DNA of 64,000 nucleotides from Owenia fusiformis (Eukaryota). The DNA lies in assembly GCA_903813345.2 (NCBI GenBank), contig CAIIXF020000001.1:22134001-22198000 (forward strand). The letters run 5' to 3'. Below, piece after piece: positions 1 through 11,698 of this stretch; positions within the stretch are counted from its first letter, which is position 1, and the number at the start of each line of letters is the position of its first letter. Under the pieces are notes generated by a model. It worked only from the letters and a program-made list of their open reading frames with translations, was not told the origin of the DNA and made no database searches. A program made the translations under genes and the position numbers.

Positions 1-3000
1 GGGGTGCTGCATATTTTGGATGGAAATTGGCTGAACATCTGACATGTTTCTGTAAAATTACAAAAATAGAAATATTGATATATAGAAAAGGTATGACAAT
101 GATCCATGCACAATAATAAACTCAACTGATTTTTGACAATTTCCAAGACTACTTTCCTGATCGTGCTTGGCGATAAAATTACAAATAAGCTATGTTTTCA
201 AAATAATTAAAAACTAATCAGAACAGAAATATTGTTAATGAAGAACTAAAAACTAATACTTATCAGTACCATCCAATCGTCCGTAGTTTATACTATTGTC
301 GTGAGAATCGCTGTAGTTAATTTGAATAAATTATCTCAATTCCCTATGAGCTTCGCCAATGGAGTGACTCCTTTCTTCTGCTAACCGTATTTCGTCTGCT
401 CGATGATTTTTTATTTTCCTCACACGCGACGGGAGTGTTGTTCACACATCTGAATTATCATCAATTTGCTCTTGGTTTTTCGTTTTGCTGGGATTAAATG
501 TATGATTTGTGCCAATGAGGTGGGAGGTCCGAGAGTAGCGCGTTAATCCATCCTTATAAGGTAATTTTGCTGGTACATTGAATTCTAAAGGGGTAGATAC
601 ATACAAAATGAAATGAATAAATAAAAGTGCCAGTGCTGACGTTTTTTAATAGCAGATATCCATAATTTAGAAATTGTTTAAGATTAAAAACAAGAAACTT
701 TTTAATAAATTATCATTAGGTGTAGTGAATAATTGTAAAATTTTGTTGTAAAACTTATTTCAACAAAAAATGTCCTAGTCAATTTTCCTATGAATGTGAA
801 TATCTACATTTATTATTTGAGAGTAGTTACACATTTTCCACTTTGAATCTTAAATATTACATAATTAAATTACAATATTGCTAAAATTGTATAATTCTCT
901 ATGTTCTATTGAATCTCATTTTGCCCAGCTCCAGGTAAAATGGTCCGCCCTGATTAGAGTAGCACGGGGGCTTATTTACCCGAGGGCTGTACAAACCTTT
1001 ATAATTAGTATTAACATTTATCACATCAAAAGTGCCGCATTGCCTAATGCGCATGCGCACCAATTATATCAATTCAGAAAAGAGTGTTGTGTTTGACTTG
1101 GGTTGATCAATAGTAAGGTATCGAACATTGAATCAATTTTTGTTATTTTTTCTAAAGTCTTTCAGAAGTAGCCATAGATTCACTAAATAAAATAACAAAA
1201 CTTCGTGTAATACTAGAAGGTTGATTTTAAGCAGTAAAACAATTTTGTGTTTTGGTTAAATAAAACAAAAACATGTCCAATTCCAATGCTAATAAACTGT
1301 TTTGAATTATCCTATATTTTTTTATGTATATTCTACGTTTGTTGATATTGGTTGAAAATACAAATTATTGACGCAAAAACTTTCAACAATATTAAAGTCA
1401 TTTCTATTTTCTATTCAAAAAAGGTTTCAAATTCAATGACCCAATTTCAGTATTCCCTGAGACCTTGATAGCAAAGACACTATCATTCATTGCAATAATA
1501 ATTTATGAATTATTGAGGACCCGAAAAACACATTTGCTCCGATCCTAAATCCCCAAAGTTCAAGCGTTTGCACCAAGTAGTATCTAAAAGCCACTTTCGA
1601 TCTGCTGTTGAACTAACAAAAGTACGTGACGATGACAATAACTTCGTCCCCGGGAACAATACCTGGTTATGGCCTACACTAACGCTTCATGGTTTACAAC
1701 CACAGGCGGTAGTAATTGAATCGATCCAACGCTAGACATTTTCTTAGACAAATACAGTCGTTTCCTGAGCATTTGTAACATTTGAGTACAGTATAGGAAA
1801 AATAACATTTATTTTAGAAAGTACTGTTCTCAAGCCCCGGGTGAAGCACAATCAAACAGTTAACGAAATCAAGGGTAGCCTCCATGTACACGGTGGAAAT
1901 ATTACAAAGACCCTGCCTTGAAAAGTTAAGTTCTGTGCTATTATGGTTATGTTAAAAACGAAATGACTGGTTGTATTGTTTTTTATGAACTTCGTTATAC
2001 AGTATCTGTCCATCATCTCAGTTGCCACAGCAACGTCATCCTTAATACGCGCGAGCAGACTAGAGGTACAATCAGAAATATCTGCCAGATTCGATATACC
2101 CCGATGTCATAATCCAAGAACAATGGGGCGAAGAATATTTCATGAATAAGAATTTATTCCAATAGGTCCCCAGCGGATAGGCTACGACTTTGACAGAATA
2201 CAAAACCCTCTCAAAGAATTGTAAGTTGATTTAAAAGCTAACATAACTGAAGAAAATGCAAACATCGAAGATCAACTGATACTATACGTTAACCCCATGT
2301 AGCCGCTGGTTTGTTGTCAGAAGTTATTTATTTCGTATTTTGTTCCACCTAGGGCCCTATTCTTAAAGCTCGAGATGACAATGCTGGACTGACTCACAAA
2401 GGCGATCAAAGTTTAGAGTTAGCCCTAATCCACAAGTCTTACGTACAATCGCATCAGTAACAATAATTCTTGACTTATCTAGAAAAATAATATTCACGTT
2501 CCACGGGATAAAATTAGATAAATAGGCCTCTGATATTACTAAGAGCTTTCTTGAATGGTGGTTCCTTTACTCGCAGAACAGTGAAACTGAATCAACAAAA
2601 CCATCAAGTTCAAAGGGACGCCGGTATTGTGTTAGAATACCGCTACTATTACTCGCCCTAATGGATCTTAACTTAACATGTTGCAATAACAAATTGCTTA
2701 AAGGTAGCTTAAGAGAATAAAAGAAAAAATAACAACTTGAAATTGATCTATGGTTTGACGTAGCATTAGCTAATGCTTCGACAGAAGTTTGGCGATAATT
2801 CACCGATGCAAATAAAATGGTTGCAATCGTCGGCATTTTTAAAACTGTCCAAATCATTGACCACTTTCCAAAACATTCCTGGGTGGCGTGTGTGACCTTA
2901 TAGTTTCAGCGTCTAGAACTTAGAATGAAAATATGTGACCAACAAGTGTTGAAAATAATTGTGCGTTCGTTCGTAAAATACAGACAATAGCAAAATCGCG

Positions 3001-5454
3001 TTCAGGTGGAGATAACAAATAGACAACTGCTTTTAAAGCAACAGCATTTCTCACTTTCCAAATATCATTACATGTAATTGAACTTCAAGAATCCATAGCA
3101 ATCAAAACATACAAACACACTGCCATACAATGATTAAAAAACAAAACTTAGAATCCAATGCAACAAAATCCGGAACAATCAATGGCCACCAATCTAATTA
3201 ATTAACAAGAAACAACAACAAAGCTACAATTTAACTTAAACATGTCCGTGTATCGGATTAGAGTAAATACCTAAACATTGGTGCTATATATTTGGCACCA
3301 AGTGTAATGTATATGTGTTTGGGCTTAATGAAGGGATTAGCCCCAATCAGCAGTCAGATCAAGAGGCAGTTAAGACTAATCCAAACCCACCAGACTGTCC
3401 GTCTCAAATAAGCACAATATTGACCCCATGTTATAATACATACAACCCGATTCTTGACATTTTTAATTTAATTTTAATTTTAATCTGTTTTAATCCGGTA
3501 TGATTATTTGTGAATGGCAACTTGTCAAATTATTGACGAATTCTTGGAATAACATAAGTTTCTTCAGGTCTAATGCTAGATAGAGTTTCTTAAATTAAAT
3601 TGATTTTCTTAGCTGATGTTTGATATAATTACATGTAATGTAACTTAAAAACGTTTATAACGGATGTATGATACGTATACATTTTCATAAATATTTTGTG
3701 CTTTATTTCTGGGCCAAAAAAAATGTTTCATAAATAATTCAAGGTCAACTAAACGTCGGAATGTATTATCTACTTGTACTGTATTTTTTAACTAGGTTCA
3801 ATCTCTCTGATGGACTCAGATCCGATATAATTTGAAAAAACTGCAACTTGACTATAGATGCGAGTAGAAACAAAGTCTTTACTTACGTCATTAAATATTC
3901 GAAATTCAGTCAAAGTGATGTCATATTTGAAATCTACATGTAAAAGTACATGTGGAAATATGGTTTCGAAAATTATTTATCATCTTTGAAAATTTAATTT
4001 TTTTTGAAAAAGTGACCGGGTTGATTCCCCATAGACCCCATGTTACAAAATCACAAAAAGTGAAATCATTTTTTGTATTAGACAGATAACATTTTCTTTT
4101 ATTGGAGATATTTTAATTTGCATAACTATTAGATACAAATAAGGGTGCAGTGATATGAAAATCGAACCACTAAAACAGATTTAATTTAAGTTAAAGGGAA
4201 CTTCCTACTATACCCGCCATGCTACAGGGCGTTCAATAAATACTGATAAAATGCTGTAACTTTAATTTTATATATTTGACTCACTTTTCTACTGTACATT
4301 GTTGAGTACTGTACTGTAGTCCCTGATCTGGACCCTCTGAAAAAAAGTTTTGTTGTCCGGTACTTTCCCACATAAAATGATTGTACCGTTTGAAAGAACA
4401 GACTTCCCTCTTAAAGAAAACACCTCTTCTATTGATGTAAACAGGGGCAAAAGGCACCAAAACGGGGTTAGACAAGGTGGCATTCTGAAGTCTCACTTTC
4501 TTGTCATCATGATTCAAGGTAAACCATCAGACGGATTTACTTCAAATTTTCACACATTGTTACATGGTAAGAAGTTCTAGAGCTGATTAACTTTGCGGTG
4601 GCCATCTTGCATTCTGGCGGCCATCTTGGAATTTTTTTCAGATAAATATTGTCATCGCGATTCCACAAAAACCACATAACAGATGTACTTCAAATGTTCA
4701 CACATGTAACATGGTAAAAAGTCCTAGACCTCATTATTTTTTCGGTGGCCATCTTGCATTCTGGCAGCCATCTTGGAAGTTTTAAGATAAATCTTGTCAT
4801 CACGATTTCAGGAAATCCAAACGGATTTACTTCTAATTTCCACACATGTTATATGGTAAGAAAATATAGAGGTGAATAACTTTTCGGCAGCCATCTTGCA
4901 TTCTTGCGGCCATCTTGGATATTTTGGGATAAATCTTGTCATCGTGATTCCAGGAAAACAACCTAACAGATTAACTTCAAATGTTCACACATGTTACATG
5001 GTATGAAGTTCTAGAGCTGATTAACTTTTCAGTGGCCATCTTGCATTCTGGCAGCCATTTTGGAAGGTTTATAGATAAATCTTGTAATCACGATTCCAGA
5101 AAAACCACTTAACAGTTTTACTTCGAATTTTCACACATGTTACATGGTATGAAGTTCTAGAGCTGACCAACTTTTCGGTGGCCATGTTGCATTCCGTCGG
5201 CCATCTTGGAAGTTTTTAGATAAATCTTGTCATCACGATTCCATGAAAACCACGTAACAGTTTTACTTCAAATTTTCACACATGTTACATGATTAACTTT
5301 CTGATAGCCATCTTGCATTCTGGCGGCCATCTTGGAAGTTTGTAGATAAATCTTGTCATCACGATTCCAGAAAAAACACTTTACAGATTTGCTTCAAATT
5401 TTCACACTTTATACATTTACATTCACAATGGTCACCTCCTGGTATATTTTTTAG

Positions 5455-5641
5455 GTTTTATGACTGTTAAATTCTATAGTCTTGTTAAGACCACTTTATA
5501 AACAGGTTTATTATTACTTTTATGACTGTTAAATTCTATAGTCTTGTTAAGACCACTTTATAAACAGGTTTATTATTACTTTTATGACTGTTAAATTATA
5601 TAGTCTAGTCAACACCACTTTATAAACAGGTTTGTTATTAC
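5455..5641. repeat. 62-bp tandem repeat x3
   Basis: TTTTATGACTGTTAAATTCTATAGTCTTGTTAAGACCACTTTATAAACAGG... repeated three times. Confidence 0.85.
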
Positions 5642-5819
5642 TGGTGTAACGACGAAAAAAATATAATTAATTTATTTGATCTTATATAACATGAAATTAT
5701 TTTTTCTTTTCGATAAAACATTGCTTATTAGAAATATATTTAGTTGAAAACTTAGAGTAAACAATCAGTTCTTCTATCACAAAGTTTATTTTGGTTCAGT
5801 AGATTTTTCTATACATTAT

Positions 5820-5960
5820 TTTTATGTCACCACCACTAGTGATTGGGTGACATATTGTAATAGCTTCGAACGTTTATCTTGACACTGTTCAGTAGTTAAT
5901 GTGTACTGTATACTTAACAAGGTGTGGTGACATTTTGCATGTTTCTGCATCGTCACTACT
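5820..5960 (+). mobile_element. Short Helentron/HINE-like element; related copy at ~37353-37485
   Basis: Both copies run TTTATGTC.CCAC...GA.ATATTG at the 5' end with an inverted GTGGTGACAT near the 3' end. Confidence 0.45.
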
Positions 5961-6774
5961 ATTGAAAGCTTATGTTGATATTGTAGCAGTATTTTTTAAG
6001 TTCTTTTTGTTGGTACAATTAGTTTCCAAACCCTATACTTATATCGATCTGACACAGTTTAGTGCAGGTTTAAGTGATTTTGTTGATTATTAAACGGAAA
6101 GAGCACATGTGTCTCGAACTCGCAACATTGTGGATACAGAGCCCATTCACATAGTTTGACATGCTGCTGCTCTGAACCAGCTCGTTAGTTAATATCTGAC
6201 TAATGCGATGAAGAAACGTTATCTGCAGCGTTTATGAGTACTATAGTATCTACAACTATTTTTGATCTTATGAGTATTGGATATCATTATTTTTCTTCAA
6301 CATGTATTTTAATGACTTCAGTATGAATGGAATGTCCCTCGGAGTTGTGGTCGTTGATGAGGAATTGGTCATTGAACGGTGTGGATGCTGTTTATTCCCA
6401 TATTAGATTATTGTCTTGGGATATTCAGGTTTGATTTTTGTTTGCCAGTTTTACACTTTACAGTTTGCTTTTCCCACTAGGTTGCTTTACACTTTTTTCC
6501 TTTCTCATTTGTCATTTTTGTTTATATTTAGTAAGGATTATGATACACAGGTCTCTCCTTCTGTGTGATCACCTGTCCAGAAGATAATTCAACTGCATGA
6601 AGAACATTTCGTTGACATGATGCACAGTGAAAGGTTTTCCACACATTTACATTTTCGTTTAAAAGAGCTTTAATTCCGTTATATACTCAGATCAGGGCCA
6701 ATTTAGCATACATTTCGCTCTCAAAAATCGCTGTGCAATAATGGATTTCAAAGAAATGTTTGACGTTTTCAATA

Positions 6775-7274
6775 GGCTTTGTATAAAAAACCTCCTACCT
6801 CATACCCACCTACCCACCTACGTGGAACATGATACAGTCATTGAAGGGTTCAATTTGAAAGATTATTAAATCTCAAAATAGCTCAAATTATTAACATTTC
6901 TACAATTCCGGTTTTATTTTATGACTAGACAGATGACAGATCCATAAATAAAGGCATATGGATGCATTTTAATGTGTAATGACCCGAGGGCGCCCCAGGG
7001 GAATAAATAACTTACGACCGCGAGCATAGATCCAACAAGCCAGATAAAGAAATTGATAGAAAGTGTTCTAAATTCGATGCCCCTTGTGGGAATCGAACCC
7101 AGCTGGGATGTAGTAGCAACTTGCTATCAAGGGTCATTACAAATGCATCTATAGTTCATCATAAACTAAGATTTAATAAACTAAGATCTTTAAAATCGAA
7201 CCCTTCAAAGACTGCATCATGTCCCACGTACGTGGGTAGGTGGGTATGAGGTAGGAGGTTTTTTATACAAAGCC
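6775..7274. mobile_element. Mutator (MULE)-like MITE
   Basis: ~90-bp TIRs starting GGCTTTGTATAAAAAACCTCCTACC, with a perfect 9-bp TSD TTTTCAATA at 6766-6774 and 7275-7283. Confidence 0.85.
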
Positions 7275-9509
7275 TTTTCAATAATCTTTTTTCTTTTTGA
7301 TGAAATGTAGTTATTTATTCTAAAAATCAATCGATGTCATACACAAAATGCATTTAAGTGGTATAAAGTACAGAAGCAGAGTAAAAATATGTATTTTAGA
7401 ATATCACCATGTGTTACCCCATTGTAGCGCCTCTTGCCCATGTTTTTATCAATATAAAACATGATATCATACACCAAATATGCATTTATGTCAAATTATG
7501 TGGTTTAAAATACAGAAAAATAGATAACATTCTCCTTAGAATACCACCTTGTGTAACCCCACTTTACTGCCTTTTGCCCCTGTTTATATCAATATAAAAG
7601 GTAGCATGTAACCTTCCTTGTAACATGTGTAAACGTTTCAAGAAAATCAGTAAAGTGGTTTTCCTGGAATCACAATGACAAGATTTATCGAAAAAACTTC
7701 CAAGATGGCCGCCAGAATGCAAAATGGCCACCGAAAGGTTAATTAGCTCTAGAACTTCTTACCATGTAATATGTGTGAAAATTTGAAGTAAATCCGTTTG
7801 GTTTTCCTGAAATCGTGATGACAAGATTTATCTTTAAACTTCTAAGATGGCTGCCAGAATGCAAGATGGCCACCAAAAAAATAATGAGGTCTAGAACTTT
7901 TTACCATGTTACATGTGTGAACATTTGAAGTACATCTGTTATGTGGTTTTTGTGGAATCGCGATGACAATATTTATCTGAAAAAAAATCCAAGATGGCCA
8001 CCAGAATGCAAGATGGCCGCCGCAAAGTTAATCAGCTCTAGAACTTCTTACCATGTAACATGTTTGAAAATTTGAAGTAAATCCGTCTAATGGTTTACCT
8101 GGAATCGTGATGACAAGAAAGTGAGACTTCAGAATGCCACCTTGTCTAACCCCGTTTTGGTGCCTTTTGCCCCTGTTTACATCAATAGAAGAGGTGTTTT
8201 CTTTAAGAGGTAAGTCTGTTCTTTCAAACGGTACAATCATTTTATGTGGGAAAGTACCGGACAACAAAACCCCTTTTCTAGAGCCCTTTTGGGAATCAGA
8301 TCGGGGACTACTGATCATGATGTACTGTGAAAGTTACAATAATGTACTCTAACAGGAAGGTGGTACTGGGTGGAGTCAAAAGTGGTTCCTCGTGGTTCAG
8401 GTCTGCACGATGTTTTTCAAAATAACCAACTTAAAATGTGAACATTTTCATACATAATTTTATTTTTGAATCCATCTTGACAGTTGGAAAATAAACACTG
8501 GTACTAAGATATCTAAGATATACTAAGAGCAGAATATCAATAATATCCAGCGTCAAATTAGAAGCAGCACCAAGTTCTATATACTGTCCAAGGGTAAATC
8601 AAAACAGGATACAATAAAGGACATTCATCAAGTTTATGGAAAGGACGCTATATCTACCCCTGGCATATATCGTTGGTACCGCTATTTCAAAGAGGGAGAA
8701 AGTCAGTTGTAGATGAACCCAGACGGGGGTGACTAAAAGCTGTAACTTCTCCTTGTCAGAGTGAGTACAATAAAAGAAATGTTGGATAAATTCCTATCAG
8801 AAAAATTGCAGACATGACTGATTCAAGTGTTGGTATGATGATTTAGAAATGACATTGATCCTTTCGCTCAACCCAGCACCACCTTTCATCCCGGGACCTT
8901 CATGTTGGACCGCAGTCCTGTAACGTTCACAGTACATCGGTATAACACTCAACAATGCACACTAGAAAAATTAGTAAGATATATGAAAAAACAAAAAAGG
9001 TTCAGCATTTTTATTATCAGTACTTATTGAACGCCCTGTATCTGACCCGAACGAGCCACATGGTGGTGAAACTGGTAACTACCTACTCACATGTGCGTTA
9101 TTCATGCAACCATTGAGGGAATGATTTAAATCTATTCTGAAAACATCAAAGCCGAAAAAGCAAAAATGAGGCAAGGTCTTTTGAAAACAGAAATGTCAAA
9201 CAGACGTACATGTATAGTGTGTCTTATTGTAAAATATGTTATATTATCCCTTTAAATCTGGTAATTTGTTTGTCATTTTTAGAACGTTAAGTTATAGGGA
9301 TGGGAGAAATGTTATTTGGTGCTACTGTTGACTTTCAAATGATAAATCATGTCTGATTAATGATATAGGGTGACACGAAAATGAAACGCAATTTTTAAAG
9401 TAATTAATTGTTATAAGATAAAAATTCAACCTGATTTCGAGTACTCGATGATATATTCTATTAACCTCTCTACCTTTGTAAGTTCAACTTTAAAGAGCCG
9501 TTGATCAAC

Positions 9510-11010
9510 ATGTTGAATTGTAGAGGTCCATGGAGAAATGTCGGATTTACAAATTTCACTCCCTCTAGAAATGAGATACCAATGTTCACGGGACCATATT
9601 TTTCTTTGCCGAGTGGAGCGAACCAAAAGCCTCGTAATAAATCTAGCAACGGATCAGACATTCGGGGTAAAGATGATATTGAATATAAGAGATTGTCGGA
9701 TTTTGTGAGCCATGTGGCGCAAAAGGTTGACATTTGGAGAAAATACAAAGAAGAAGATCTTATCAAACATGCGAGTGATGTGGAAAAGATTGTTCAAAAT
9801 ATATGCGCAAATCTCGGTAAAAATAATCCAGCGTTCAAAGTAGTGGAAATCATAAAACGGGGAAGCTTCTATGAGCGTTGTAAGATACTTCAGCCAAACG
9901 AGTTCGACTTTCTTCCAGTATTAGCAACAACTGAGAATGACGTTGAAATAGTACATGATGATTTCATGGATAGAGGAAAAGAACGCATGAATGTCAAAAT
10001 CAAGCCGGGGGCTGCAAACCAATTGCTGACCAAGTCACAACTTGAGTGTACTAGTAAGCCACGCCTATACACTTACAACGAATTCATGCGTACAATTCGG
10101 GAAGAAATTACAGGAAAATATTATGCACAAGATCAAAAATATGATACAGAATCCGAAAGGTCTACAGTGCAGAAGATCGCCGGTCCCGAATGTGAAACGG
10201 ATGTGTGCGTATCGAGTCATCCCCATGGCCCGAGTACAATACTCAAGATCGCTGGTCCTCTATGTGAAACAAAGGTTGACCTTTGTTTCTGTTTGGAACG
10301 GAAGATAAAAGGCAAACCTGGCCGATACGTGATAGTTCCGAACATAGTTGATCGGTGGCGCGAGTCTACAGTAGAACCTTCCAACTGTGACAAATACACA
10401 CTGAACCTTCAACATCAGGAGCTGTTTCTCTGTCTTAAATACATTGCCCATTGCGTGAAAAGAATCGCATCGGACGTATTGGTGCTACTGATGATGACGG
10501 CCACACGATGCCGTCCAATTCGTTATCATCGTACAACATAAGAATGGCACTGCTTGATCATCAAGCTCTTGCACGTCATCGGATAATGTGGGCAAATGCT
10601 TCAAAACATTTGTGAAGACGGCCATCGAATCAATGTGTGAAGGTAAAAATGATTATAACAAGAATAGGTTTACATTAAATACTATCGCTCTGGGAAGATA
10701 TTGTGTTCAAGATGTATTCTACCCTTCGCGAGACATTCACCCGTTTAAAAGCAAATCGCATGTGTTTATTGCGATGATCTGGATCCTACAGCAATTAAGG
10801 TACAACGAAGACGCATCTTGGTTGGATGAACTGCTAAAAGAAGACTTCCCAAGAAACGTCACACATCCTCTACTAAAAGAGCTTCAGTCTGATGTATCTT
10901 GGATTTTTCATTACATGGTTTTAAGAAATGAGCACAAGCCACATATTCGCGACTATGAGTGGAAACATGGACTGAACATTAAAACAAAATTATCAGTGAT
11001 ACAAAATTAG
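9510..11010 (+). pseudogene. cGAS-like receptor (cGLR)/Mab-21 family nucleotidyltransferase; two -1 frameshifts (pseudogene or assembly indels)
   Basis: ORF 9501-10541 has RGSFYERCKILQPNEFDFLPVL (GS..E..K...P.EFD catalytic motif), HGPS and KVDLCF. An unlisted frame (~10460-10564) gives LSSYNIRMALLDH, the Mab-21 'SSYHLKT.LL' helix. A third frame (10564-11010) continues SCTSSDNVGKCF...VQDVFYPSRDI. Joined product is about 500 aa; true start is uncertain. Confidence 0.85.
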
Positions 11011-11033
11011 GTATAATTTGCGAATTCAACTGC

Positions 11034-11142
11034 CGGCTAACGATTTGACCGCTAATATATGGCCAACTCGTTTAAATATATTAACTGCTACTTTTCATAT
11101 TTAAACGAACGGGCCATATATAAGCGGTCAAATCGACAGCCG
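11034..11142. repeat. Long hairpin (46-bp arms, 40/46 complementary, 17-nt loop) just 3' of the cGLR stop
   Basis: CGGCTAACGATTTGACCGCTAATATATGGCCAACTCGTTTAAATAT pairs with ATATTTAAACGAACGGGCCATATATAAGCGGTCAAATCGACAGCCG. Confidence 0.85.
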
Positions 11143-11698
11143 ACAGCCAGCAGTTGGTTTCCAAAAAGTCGAACAGTTATGACTATGATATACAAGAAAA
11201 TGGCAATTTTTATCAATTCCTTTTGTGAAAATAAATTAGGATTGTAAAGAAAAGAATATACATTTTTGAAGATTTGCTCCAATATAATATACTCTCTGTC
11301 CCTTTTGCTTTTTGAATAATTAAGATGCAGAAGTATCCAAGCACATTAGAATTGATATTATGCCAAAAAAGCTTAAAATCAAAGCATTATCTTGGCATGT
11401 TATGAAAATATACAAGGAATGCTGTTAGCAGAAAATAGTAAAGGATTGGTGAATATGTGATCTAAATTGAATACATTTTTCTTGTCATTTTTTGAATGGT
11501 AACAATTTAATTTGAAAAATATATCTCTACTTTTTTTTATAAAAATCCTTTGTGACGATCTAACAAGCTGGCAATTAATCCCATGAATACTCTCAACAAA
11601 ACCTGTCTTGATTTAACAATATTTTTGGTTCATATCATTCATTGTCATGTAAATTTTTCTAAAAATACTATTTTTCTATAAATATGTTTACCACTATT

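Larger units (their letters stand above)
4319..8308. mobile_element. Foldback-like non-autonomous element with ~700-bp inverted arms containing ~145-bp tandem units
   Basis: 4319-~5010 is the reverse complement of ~7612-8308, unit for unit. Termini are GTCCC(T/C)GATCTG flanked by TA. About 6.5 units lie on the left (4500-5410) and 3.5 on the right, each with two GGCCATCTTG motifs. Confidence 0.75.
4225..9038 (+). mobile_element. Defective mariner element hosting nested insertions
   Basis: TIRs CAGGGCGTTCAATAA(A/G)TACTGATAA at 4225 and 9038 with TA on both sides. A frameshifted transposase N-terminal HTH remnant lies at ~8542-8840 (IHQVYGKDAISTPGIYRWYRYFKEG/SVVDEPRRG). Confidence 0.85.

Noticed and set aside
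4281-4580. Short ORFs duplicated at 8028-8352
   Set aside because: Mirror translations of the foldback element's inverted arms, not genes.
7075-7105. tRNA gene (B-box GGTTCGATTCCC on the minus strand)
   Set aside because: No cloverleaf or A-box could be built; at most a SINE-like fragment inside a MITE.
9501-11010. Bacterial CBASS CD-NTase operon or programmed ribosomal frameshifting
   Set aside because: Motifs are animal Mab-21/cGLR type, with no effector genes nearby. No canonical X XXY YYZ slippery heptamer was seen at either shift.
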